Assembly (NCBI GenBank): GCA_030704615.1
Contig: CM060731.1
Coordinates: 23,064,001-23,128,000, forward strand
DNA from: Takakia lepidozioides
Taxonomy: Eukaryota; Plantae; Bryophyta
Reading direction: 5' to 3'
Length of the DNA: 64,000 bases
Of this stretch, positions 42,996 through 61,172 are shown piece by piece. The position numbers and the translations under genes are program-made. The notes under the pieces were generated by a model. It had not been told where the DNA came from and made no database searches. It saw only the letters and a list, made by a program, of their open reading frames with translations. Position 1 is the stretch's first letter, and each line of letters starts with the position of its first letter.

Positions 42996-43201
42996 GACTA
43001 TGAACCGTTATGACCTCTAAGACTGTCATCTAGGGAAGACGTTCTTTAAGTCGTTCCCTATGTCCATGCGTGAGAACCAATGAATGCACGAAAAAAGGGT
43101 GTGATGTCATTAGTTAAGCGATGAGCAAGAAAAATGATTCAAACTACTTCGAGAAAGTGCCGCAGAAAGCATCGCGCTGTGTCACTATGCTCTAGAGTTG
43201 A

Positions 43202-43926
43202 TGTCGCGGCCCTTTGCCTTGAGGGCAGGGGGGGTCGGGACACAAGAGGGGTTGCCCCTATGGTGGGGGCAATAGCAGCGATAGGTACGGGGGCTGAAGC
43301 ACCCTTGAGTGCCCAAAGCACTCAAGGAGGCGGAGGCGCTCACTAGGTGGAGCCCCGCACACCGGGTTGCGGTGGGGGTGGCTCCACAAGGGGTGGTGGT
43401 AGCTTAGCGGGACTTAGTGGGGGTGGCATAGGACTCACCATGGGGTGGAGACCTCGAGGTGGGAGTCGTGGGGAGTCTTGGGACTCATCACGGTCCATTG
43501 GGGCCGCGGTGAGTGGGCCAAGACTCACCGCGACTCACCACCGGGAATCGAGGGTCTTCGTGGTGGTTCGCCATAAAATGGCATGGCTGGTTGTGAAACC
43601 CCCGCGGACAGCTACAGAAGTATATATAGGGAGTAGTAACCCCGAGAACGGTGCAAGCCCGTTGGTGACCAAAAACTAGTGAGTAAGCGAGCGAGCCGGA
43701 AAGCGACCAAAGAGTGGGGAGCTGTTCCGGACTGCCAACTACCAAAGGGAATTCCCGCTGGTTCCAAATCGGTGGAGGGTTCTTTGGGAAAACAAAGGGG
43801 GGACCGTTATGCCCGGTGAGCAGCCGAAGCTCCAAGTTGGCCTGGCGGCCAGGTTGGGAGTCAGGCGCGCGCATCAAAGCGAGTAACTATGACTTGAAGG
43901 GGAGTTTACCGAAGTGAGGTGCGACA
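43202..43926 (+). repeat. 5' LTR
   Basis: Termini TGTCGC...GCGACA; TATA-like tatatata at ~43621; direct repeat of 49422-50145. Confidence 0.95.
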
Positions 43927-43928
43927 CT

Positions 43929-43940
43929 TGGTATCAGAGC
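43929..43940 (+). promoter_or_regulatory. primer-binding site complementary to the 3' end of initiator tRNA-Met
   Basis: TGGTATCAGAGC begins 2 nt after the 5' LTR. Confidence 0.92.
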
Positions 43941-43981
43941 TTAGAGTTCAGTACGCGATCGTCCTTGGGATTGGCCTCATC

Positions 43982-46900
43982 ATGGGGTCGGGCAAGCCAA
44001 AGCGAAAGCGGAACGGCCCAAAAGATGATGATCCTGGTGAGCCCGATGGGGGCGACGTGTCACCGAGGCGGCCGTTTGAGGAAGCGATGCATGTTTCCGA
44101 AAACGAGGCCGCTCAAGAGCGGGAGGAATCCGAGGAGTCGGAGCCCGAGGAATCCTTGAGAGCTCCGACAAACCAAGAGATGCCTCCCATGCCGGCAGCC
44201 TTTTGGGAAGGGTTGCAGTTTGGCGGGACGTTGAAAGACGTGTTGAAGGCGGCTAATGCCACTTCCACTAAGGCAAAGTTTAAGGTGAAGCCTAAGGAAC
44301 CCGGCACCTTCGAGGGTCGAAATCGGAAGGCACTCAACACCTGGCTCCTGGAGCTAGAGCAAGTACTTCCGGGCGGCCAAGTTGAGTGACGAGGATCGGG
44401 TGGAAGTGGCTCCCACCTATTTGAGGGGCTATGCTCAACAATGGTGGCAGAAACGCCTTCACGACCGAGGCCCAAGCCGGAAACCTTGAACTGGAGTGGG
44501 TTCAAGGAATTGATGAAGAGACAGTTTGTGCCCTCAACGCATCCTGGCTTGCCCGGGACAAGATGAGGAATTTGAAGCAAACAGATGACATTCGGGGGTA
44601 TGTCCAGGCTTTCAATGTGCTGTTGCTCGAAGTCGCGGACATGGCAGAACCAGAAATGGTCTTCAACTGGGGGGACTGGCCCCATGGGCCAGGCGGAAGT
44701 TGGAGGAGAAGCCACCCAAGACTTTGAACGAGGCAATTGAGAGGGCTGAATGTTTCTCGGATGTCCCTAGGGGTGAGAGACAAGGCCGTACGGAGCTGAA
44801 CCACAAGAAGACCCGGCGGGAAGGTGACTCCTTCCGACCGGAAAAAAGTGGGATAGGCCACGCGGCGACAATGGCACGTGGAAATCGAAGGGAGGGCCTT
44901 CACACGTCAAGGCGGCACCCGGTGCTTCGAAAGGAAAAGCGGGTGGAGCGGCTTATGGCGGACAGAAGGCAACCTTTGATGGAGTGTGTTTCAATTGCGG
45001 GGAGCCCGGGCACATGGCCAAGAAGTGCACAAAACCTCGACAATTGAACATGACTCGGGCAACCACGGAGCTGTCGGAAGATACCATCAGTCGCTTGGTG
45101 GAAGCGGTGGTCGCCAGGACTTGCAAGGTAGGCAACTATTCTTGTGAGTTGTATCAGGAAACTGGCGCCTGCGTAAAGGGAGTCAGTTATTGTTCGTGGA
45201 TGGGATAATATCCGGAACTAACGTGTCGTTGTTGGTGGACACAGGAGCGTCGCACTCCTTCATGACGCGGCGGCGGCGCGAAAGTTGGGACTCCCGACAA
45301 GTGACGTGGGGGCCTCTATTGAGGTGCGTCTGCCAAAGGAGAACCTCAGTTGGCGACAAGGTTGGCGTTTGATGTTCCTCTTCAACTGGGGAGTTGGGAG
45401 GGACGTGAGAACTTCACCATCTGCGAGATCGATGGAGTGGATCTCATTTTGGGGATGACCTTTTTGAGCAAATCCGGAGCGGTCATAGATGGCCGCAAGA
45501 GAGTAGTCACGCCATGTGGGAATGGTGGCGAGGTTTACGAGTGTCGGAAACGCCCAAATCCGTGGGAGGGCGAATAAACCTTCTGTCAGCAAAGGAGTGG
45601 GCCGTGGAGGAGGCACACGAGCCCAGTTTTTGCTTTACATTAGAGAAGTGAAAGGAGAAGGCGATGGGGAGCCGAGCCCAGATTGGATCAAGGGGATTTT
45701 GGAGAAATACCAGGATGTGATGCCGGAGGATTTACCAAGCGGCTTGCCACCGCGAAGAGGAGTTGACCACAAGATTGAGGTGATACCGGATCGGACCGCC
45801 TGCCAAGGCGCCCTACCGGTTGAGCCACAGAGAGTTGGTCGAGCTGAAGACTCAGCTCAAGGATCTAATGTCAAAGGGGTACATCCGGCCGAGTAAGTCA
45901 CCTTACGGAGCCCCGGTGCTATTCGCAGACAAGAAGGATGGGACGCTGCGGATGTGTGTCGATTACAGGGCTTGAATAAGGTGACTATTAAAAACCGGTA
46001 CCCTTTGCCAAGGATCGACGACCTTTTCGATCGGTTGGCAGGAGCGAAGTATTTCAGCCGGATCGACTTGCGCTCCGGCTATCATCAAATTCGGGTGGCG
46101 GAAGGAGATGAGGAGAGAAGACCGCGTGCAGGACAAGGTATGGTTCATATGAGTTCTTGGTGATGCCTTTTGGGCTCACCAATGCACCGCGACCTTTAGC
46201 ACGCTGATGAACAGCCTTTTTCAGGAGTGGTTGGATGACTTTGTGATGTACATCGACGACATCTTGGTGTACTCGAAAACAAAGGAGGAACACCTGGAGC
46301 ACCTCAAAAGGGTGTTCCAAAAGTTGCGGGAAGGGAAGCTGTACGCCAAAGCTTCAAAGTGCGAATTCGGGGTCACGAAAGTGGAGTTCTTGGGGCATGT
46401 GATTACACAGGATGGGATCAAAATGGATGACAGAAAGGTGAGGGCGATCTTGGACTGGGAGCCTCCGACTTCGGTCCGGGAGTGCGATCCTTCCTAGGAC
46501 TCGCCTCCTATTACCGGAAGTATGTGAGAAATTTTGCCAAGATCGCGGGGCCGCTGTAGACCTTCTGTGTAAATCCAAGTCTGGGTATGGAACACTTTTG
46601 TGGCCAAGCTTTTGCTGAATTGAAGCAGCGGATGGCGGAAGCTCCAGTCTTGAAAATCCCGGAGTTCGATCGTCCATTTGAGATTCATACAGATGCGTCG
46701 GACTTCGCGATTGGGGGTGTACTTATGCAAGATGACGTCCAGTGGCTTACGAAAGTAAGAAACTGAATGAAGTGGAGCGACGGTGGCCGACGCACGAAAA
46801 AGAGATGAAGGCGGTGGTGCATTGTCTTGAGCTTTGGCGCCACTATGTTGGTTCCAACCCAGTGAAGGTGTTCACGGACAATGTCACGGTGAAGTATTTT

Positions 46901-48517
46901 GCCACGCAGCCCAAGTTGTCCCCAAAACAACTTAGGTGGCAAGATACTTTGGCGGTGTTCGACGTGGATATCCAGTACAAACCGGGACGAGACAACGTGG
47001 TGGCCGATGCTTTAAGTAGAAAGCAGCAGCTCTTGTTGGTGTACAAGGGCGAGACGCGCTCCAAAGGAAGATCCGGAAGGCTTGCCGGAAGGATGAGCTG
47101 GAAGTCCGTGATGCAGGACTTGAGGATGGGGGTTAAATCGCAGTTCCACTTGCAAAATGGACTGCTCCGGTATAAGCAAAAACGTCTCTACGTGCCAAAG
47201 GGAGGGATCAGAGATAGAGATAGCCTCTTGAGAGAATGCCATGATAGCCCGCTTGCGGGCCACGGCGGAGCCAAGCGCACTGCGGCACTCTTGAAGAAAG
47301 AGTATTTCTGGCCCAAACTGAGGGAGGAGGCAGAGAGAGTATGTCAAGACATGCACCACATGCAACAACAAAACCGGAGCGAGTACAAAAAGCAAGCGGG
47401 GCTGTTACAACCCTTGCCGATTCCAGAGGGGACTTGGGAAAGCGTCTCGATGGATTTCATGACTGCTATGCCGCTGTCAAAAGGATTCGATGCAATCATG
47501 GTGGTGGTGGATAGGTTCAGTAAAATGGGCCATTTCATCCCCACCAAGGAGACGGCAACGGCGCAGGAGACAGGGCGACTTTACTTCGCCCACGTCTTAA
47601 AGCATCATGGAGTCCCGAAGGATATTGTCTCGGATCGCGATCCAAAGTTTACGAGTAAAATTTGGAGGACACTTTGGAAGAAGATGGGGACGAGGCTGAA
47701 GATGAGCACCGCCTTCCGACCTACGACGGACGGCCAAACGGAAAGAGTGAATTCCGTAGTAGTGAAGCAATTCTTGCGGAATTACGTGTCGGCAGACCAA
47801 TCAGACTGGTGGAACACTTAGACGCGGCAGAGTTCTGTTATAATAACACAGAACACTCCGCAACGGGAGTTTCCCCTTTCGTATTGGTCTATGGAAAAGC
47901 ACCTCTGGTGCCGACAAGTTGGGCCGCCCAGGACGTTGAGGAACCGCAGTAGCGGCGGTACTGGAAGAACGCGAGCGTTTGTTGAAGCTCGCAAAGTACA
48001 ACATTGCCAAAGCTAGGAAACGGTATGAAAGGCAGGCGAATCGGAAGCGGAGGGAAGTGAAGTTTGAGGCAGGCACAGAGGTCTGGTTGAACATCAAGAA
48101 TTTCCGACTACCTCCGGAAGTGAGTCCGAAGTTCGTACCTCCGTATGCGGGACCCTTTCGCATTCGGAAGGTTATGAATGAGGATGTGTATGAATTGGAG
48201 CTGCCGGCAAACAGCAAGGTGCACCCAGTATTCCATGTCTCCCTTTGAAGCCTTACTTCAAAGATGAAGCGCGTCCGAATCGGCATCAAGTGTTGCGTGC
48301 GCCACCTATGCTGTTGGATCATGAAAATGAACCTGAGTACGAGGTGGAGGCAATACTTAAGTCGAGGAGGTTCAAGAACCGAGAAACGGAGTATCTCGTC
48401 AAATGGAAGGGCTATCATCATGTGGAGGCATCTTGGGTGCGTGCCTCAGAAATGGGAAACGCATCCGAGGCGGTTGCAGCTTTCGAAGGGCGACCTCAAA
48501 AGCGGAAGAAGCGTTGA
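43982..48517 (+). pseudogene. frameshifted gag-pol of the chromovirus
   Basis: Gag with zinc knuckle CFNCGEPGHMAKKC; protease LLVDTGASHSF; RT ([26 protein letters not shown]); RNase H (TDAS, YKPGRDNVVADALSR); integrase (H..H..C, SMDF, IVSDRD, TDGQTERVN, YAGPF); chromodomain EYEVEAIL...YLVKWKGY. Confidence 0.92.
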
Positions 48518-49409
48518 TGGGGACATCAACCTTGGAGCGTGGGGGAGGAAATGCATGCTTAGCCCGGCTTAGCTAGCTTAGGAATCCGATTGCAAAAACT
48601 TGTATTGTACAAAAATTTGTTATAAAGGAAATGGGTTCCAAATGTTGTGCGTCCTATTTTGTTTGGAATGGTGATGCATGGTATGGTTGGCTAGTGTGTA
48701 GAATGCATGCTAGCTTATAAAAGTGGGAGAGGTAAATTGGGTTAATCGTGTGTTTGCGTAGTGCCGAAATCGGGTGACCCCCATCCAAGGGGCAAGGAAA
48801 CTTGCGCCTTCTTTGGGAGTTCACGTGCTAGTGCGCACCTGGCGCGTGCGCGTACTATAACTGCGCTACCGAGGGGGTTGCCTTGTAGTGCGGGCTAACG
48901 CGGAAGCTACGTGCTTCCGTTCACGTACTATAATCGTGTAGCCTCGGACGAAGTCGTAGTGCGGCTTCGGCGTGTTCCCGTACCTCAGGCCAGCATTCCA
49001 AGGCGGACCCAATTGTAGTGATTGGGGCGCACGGTTGGTTCAAGGTTATCTTCCTAGTCAAAGAGGGTTCCAGGTGAACCCTTGCTCAAGGTGATGCCAA
49101 AAGCGGCATCATGAGCGGTCGCAAGCAATGTTGTTGCAGTAAGGCGATTCGATCCTCGGGAGGATCGTTCCTTGGCCTTGAAGTAGGCCAAGAAGAGTGC
49201 ACTGGGAGGAGCTTGAGAGGCTCCACCCTTGGCCGGGACTTGGAGGAAGTCGGCCGAACTAGCTAGTGGAGAGTAGAGTCAAGTGTGGGGTTTGGTTCTT
49301 TGCCATGGGACGCCATGGTACGGAAACAAACTCCTTGATGTGGGACGCCACAACTTGGATGTTCGTTTCTACAAAATGGACAAGTCGATGAGGACATCGA
49401 CTCCCTGTT

Positions 49410-49421
49410 GGTAGGGGTGTG
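49410..49421 (+). promoter_or_regulatory. polypurine tract
   Basis: ggtaggggtgtg immediately before the 3' LTR. Confidence 0.7.
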
Positions 49422-50145
49422 TGTCGCGGCCCTTTGCCTTGAGGGCAGGGGGGGTCGGGACACAAGAGGGGCTGCCCCTGTGGTGGGGGCGCAGGCAGCG
49501 ATAGGTACGGGGGCTGAAGCACCCTTGAGTGCCCAAGGCACTCAAGGAGGCGGAGGCGCTCACTAGGTGGAGCCCCGCACACCGGGTTGCGGTGGGGGTG
49601 GCTCCACAAGGGGTGGTGGTTTTAGCGGGACTTAGTGGGGGTGGCATAGGACTCACCATGGGGTGGAGACCTCGTGGTGGGAGTCGTGGGGAGTCTTGGG
49701 ACTCATCACGGTCCATGGGGCCGTGGTGAGTGGGCCAAGACTCACCGCGACTCACCACCGGGATCGAGGGTTTCGTGGTGGTTCGCCATAAAATGGCATG
49801 GCTGGTTTGTGAAACCCCCGCGGACAGCTACAGAAGTATATATATAGGGAGTAGTAACCCCGAGAACGGTGCAAGCCCGTTGGTGACCAAAAACTAGTGA
49901 GTAAGCGAGCGAGCCGGAAAGCGACCAAAGAGTGGGGAGCTGTTCCGGACTGCCAACTACCAAAGGGAATTCCGCTGGTTCCAAATCGGTGGAGGGTTCT
50001 TTGGGAGAACAAAGGGGGACCGTTATGCCCCGGTGAGCAGCCGAAGCTCCAAGTTGGCCCGGCGGCCAGGTTGGGAGTCAGGCGCGCGCATCAAAGCGAG
50101 TAACTATGACTTGAAGGGGAGTTTACCGAAGTGAGGTGCGCGATA
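49422..50145 (+). repeat. 3' LTR
   Basis: Direct repeat of the 5' LTR with scattered substitutions and indels; terminus altered to ...GTGCGCGATA, followed by TSD GTTGA. Confidence 0.93.
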
Positions 50146-50534
50146 GTTGATCTTAGAGCAAGCACGACTAGTATCATACCAGCGTGTGACATTTTATCTT
50201 AAGAGTAGACAAAAATGGTGGAAAGAGCATGTTGTAATAGGTGCATCAGTCTCGAATGAGGATAAACAACGTGTAGTTTTTCAACGTTGCAATAAGAAGA
50301 GAGCGATGTGATGAGCAGACCTTGATCATCAAAAGGTGTTTAGGAAACAGTCCAGAATTAATTATGTGGTAAGCTGCAAATGGTCTTCAGTTTACCTCGT
50401 AGGGTCAAGAACTTTCTAGTCTTTGTTTTGTAGCACTACATAGAAGGTGATAGGGTTAGTACCCAATGTTGATAGACAACTTTGGAATTATTCTCTGCTG
50501 TCCCCTGCAACAGCCTACAAAATGATCAATTCAA

Positions 50535-51842
50535 CTACTGTTTTCTTTCCATATAAATTTGTGAACTTAGATGCTGAAAATGATTCTTATGATGAAAAGA
50601 ACAGTGAGAGTTCACCTTTTCAATAGGCTCAGTCCCCAAATCCATATCATACTCCACTACTTGACATCACTAATTTGTCTCAACCATCTTCACATCCTTC
50701 TATTTCCAAGAAAACACCACCACAAGGGTCTCAATGTCCTTCACATCAGCCAAGAGCGAGAGTAGCCTGTCATACACCTCAATCAATACTAGATGTGCAA
50801 GAAACACAGGTAGTAAGAGAGGAGGATGGTCATATGCAAACTTAGAGGCAGCCATAGACGCATGATACCCCTATGATACCTTAGAACATCCCTACCTTAC
50901 ACTGAACTCAACACGCCAACGGAATATGAGGGTATGGGGGGCGGGAAACGTCCCCCACCCTTGCACCGAACCCTATATCCCGTGAAAAGCTCGCACTGAA
51001 TATCGTTGTGTGCACTGAACCCAAGCGCTGTATTCTGCTCACAGAATACGTCCTTGAATCCAAGTCAATGTGACCAAGCGCGTGCCTGTCAGCATCTTGG
51101 CGGAGATCTCGCCCCTTCCAGCCAATGGGAGGCGAGGTGCGCGTGGATAGCGTGGGCGATTTAGGGACAAGGATGTGCGCGAGTCGGGCTGTCGTGCCAC
51201 AGAACCCAGTAGGCCCTGAATCGATGACACTATCTTTGGTCTTACATGGAGTTTTTCAAGTTCAAGGGTGGTGATGCTCTTAGTAGAGCACTTAACTTAA
51301 ATGTGTCGGAAGCAGAATTACACAATAATAACATTTATTAGTGATTGAATATTCAAATGACACATTCAATAGTTAATTTTGATGGTGTAAAGAAACTAAA
51401 ACCTTGGCCTCGAACAACATAACTATTATAAATTTAATACTTTGACTTTAGTAAAAAAAAATAGTCATTGCATTAATACAACAAATGTCAAACCATTTAT
51501 GGGCGTTCAAGAAATGAAGTCAGAGTCACATTTAATGTGGTGACACCACTACCTATTGGTGACAATGCGACAATCAAACAACATTGTCAGGCATTGGAAT
51601 ACACGTTATAGAGGAGTCTAGAAACGGTCATAGAGTCCCCTATAGCACGATCAAAGAGCACCCTATATCAGTTTTTGTAATATTCATATTTTACTCATAT
51701 CATCTTCAAAAATTATGCTGCAACTTGTGGAGTGTGTGGGACCAGTTTGTCGACAATCCTTGATCGATTTTGAGATTTGATTCCGTTTTCATGTGACGAA
51801 GAGCAGACTTGAGCTTCTACCGTCGGTCCTAGGGCATGATAC
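50535..51842 (+). repeat. right arm of the long inverted repeat (interrupted by a MITE)
   Basis: Reverse complement of 42214-42995, with extra sequence at ~50690-50810 and a MITE at 50884-51279. Confidence 0.9.
50884..51279. mobile_element. Tourist-like (PIF/Harbinger) MITE, ~396 bp
   Basis: TTA TSD at 50881-50883 and 51280-51282; imperfect TIRs GAACATCCCTACC / GGTGGTGATGCTC (reverse complement GAGCATCACCACC); absent from the left inverted-repeat arm. Confidence 0.75.
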
Positions 51843-52988
51843 CTTAGAGTGCGGTGGCCTAACGTAATAAGGAACAGGGGAGCAGGAGGCTGGAGCTGTG
51901 TGCAAGAGAGCCGAATTTGGGAACATTGGGACCGGGTGTGCGGCGATAAAAGGGATTGCGGTACATAGGGCAGCGTGTCCGGCGATTAGAGCGATTGCGG
52001 TACACACAACAACGATTAGTGCAACAATCAAAGCGTTGGGGTACCGGTGTTGATCATGGTGACAAAGGGTCATACTGAACGCGTGGGCGCAGGTCTTGTA
52101 AAAACTGAGTCCATGAAAGCATTGGCTAGGGATAAAGCCATTGCAAATAGACGCTTTGGCAAAAAAAAATGCTTGAAGTAAGCGTCACTACAGGGGTAGC
52201 AGGAGCAGACATCGATCCAGGTTGCTGTCTCATGTGTTTGTTTACTGGAGATTCTTTCATGCCCATCTATAAATGGTGTGTAAGGTTTACGTAGTGAGTT
52301 TGATCATGCTCAACAAATAAATAAAAAACGCTTTAGGTTGGGACAATCCAAAATCTGCACCACCCAGACCACATATGCACTGCAAGCTATTACGAGGCAA
52401 AATGTTACTATGAAAGACTCTTCACTATTGCTAAGCCCTTCTTGTGCCTTCCATGCGTCACCTCCTCTCCTTTGTTAAAAACTACCTCATAATTTGCCTC
52501 CAGGTAACACCTCCCTCAGGTAACATCTCTCCTATGAAACAATTGATGAAGAATAAACGGATGAAACTTCGAGTTTATTATGGATGAAAGTAAATTTTGC
52601 TATTCACAAAGAGAAGCCATACACGACTCGCCGCTTGTTTAATGACCCAGTGTACCGCACCTTTCGAGGTTTGAACCCCAAACCACGTCTCACAACAACA
52701 GCAGGCACTGAATCACCAAGCATTTTAGGAATAGAAGGAAACAAAACGCCAAGACCCAAATTACAAGTGGAACATGCCTCTCGGAAATTGTCAATTGTAT
52801 TTGTCGGTGTCAGACACTCAAGTTCTGTGCAGAACAGTCTTCCGCTGCCGTGGGACCGACGCCCACCGACCTCACGTAAGTATGGTAGCAAGCAGGCAGA
52901 CATCTTGTCTCTCATTCTCCCACCCTGCTTGCTTTGGCGTCTAGAGACTACTTAGGGGGGTGAGAAGGTGTGGAATCCGTGGGCTTAG

Positions 52989-59728
<6,740 letters not shown>

Positions 59729-61172
59729 GCTGCAACCTTCTTGTCCATCTGTCATTAATAAATATATGCCAATTGAATTTCTTTGGGTAATAGCCATATG
59801 ATCAGGAAAGGATGTGCCGTCTTATCTTGGGGTTCTAGGCTGTCATACCTCATGTCTTCTAGTCAGTCAAGCTGTACAAAAGTCTGTAGAAGTTGTGAAG
59901 TTAGGTAGCAATGAAGTAGGCTTTGAGGTGGGTATAGTTCGGTAATGCAGATCCTCATTGCCTGTTTGTCAAGAACATTCGGAGCTTTGAAAGACAGTCA
60001 GCTATATGTTCATCAAAGGCAGACAAACTTGTATTTAGTACTTATGTCTCTCCCGTGTGCTCCACAGGGGATTCATTGTGGTTCCCCCTTAGACACATAC
60101 AAACACTACTAAATATGGATTGTGATGTTCAGTTGACTCGCCGTGGTGTTGCAATATGCCTTTATGGGTTCTCCATGTAAGGGTGAAAGTGAATGTAGGT
60201 TCTATAGGATATGACTGATATGATATGACATATGTGCAATGAAGTAGCATCCTATATGTTGATGGCATGATCGTGTTATTTCTTGACCTTGGGTTATGCT
60301 CTCCGATAAAGAAGATGCACGAGAAGATACCAGGGCTTAACACAATGAGGACAAGACTTAGAGCAGAATTAACAAGCAGTAGGCTACCACAAGCAAGCAT
60401 GCACTTGTATCATCTTTGTTGTCTGTACTCCTGTCCATCCTTGTGTGACCATCTCCGATTTGAGCAATTCCTTGCAATTGATTTGCTCTGGTGGGTTCAT
60501 ATCACTTCTATAACACAAGAACAGAGAGTTGTAAACAGCCAGATTATCTCATCATTCATAGTAAATATTTATACCGGGTGATCTGTCAAGGTCAAGTATC
60601 AAGGAGGTTGAGTTATCATGATATTTGTTTTATAATATGAACAGTGTATATAGGTGGCATGCACACGATCGCCCACGAGTAGCCGTTGTGATGACCGTTG
60701 GGCATGAAGGAAGGCGTGCATTTGAAATCGTGTCTTGCGGATCCATCCCTTGTGTACTGTTACCCCTGTGATTTTGCTCGATCTTCTCCTCTGACATAAA
60801 GATGGACCCCCATAGTTCCGTTTCTCTACTCTCCCTGCCCACGTTCTGTTTTCTCTGTATGTCCTGGTATATTGGAATCAATTGTTTGTTCAAAGACTCG
60901 CATAAGAGTTTTCTACAATCTTTGTTGCGAGAGGGATACAGAGATTGATGGAGTAAGAGTTTGTCTGTATGAGAGGGAAAAATGCCGCTCGGGACTCTCT
61001 CTTGAGACTCTCTCCGCATTTTTGTGAAGTAGAAGGGAGATTAATCATCTGCACTCGTAAGCGCAAGCGGATCAATCCTTAGCGCTTTCACAGTGTAGGC
61101 AAGTAGATGCCTTTCAGAACATGGCGGGTGAGTCTTCCACACTGATGGCTCCCCTGCACGGATTGGGAGCGC

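Larger units (their letters stand above)
43202..50145 (+). mobile_element. full-length Ty3/gypsy LTR retrotransposon, chromovirus lineage
   Basis: Two ~725-bp LTRs, 5-bp TSD GTTGA (43197-43201 and 50146-50150), PBS, PPT, and domain order gag-PR-RT-RH-IN-chromodomain. Confidence 0.95.

Noticed and set aside
43134-43917. ORFs within the LTRs and antisense to the genes in the ORF track
   Set aside because: By-products of GC-rich LTR sequence or shadow frames of real exons
51930-52030. Degenerate gcgatt/gcggtaca repeats
   Set aside because: Short and irregular, with no constant repeat-spacer structure; not CRISPR-like
60848-60945. Possible miRNA-like hairpin upstream of the GRAS gene
   Set aside because: Short stems with a large asymmetric bulge and no ~21-nt duplex; no miR171 site recognised in the GRAS gene
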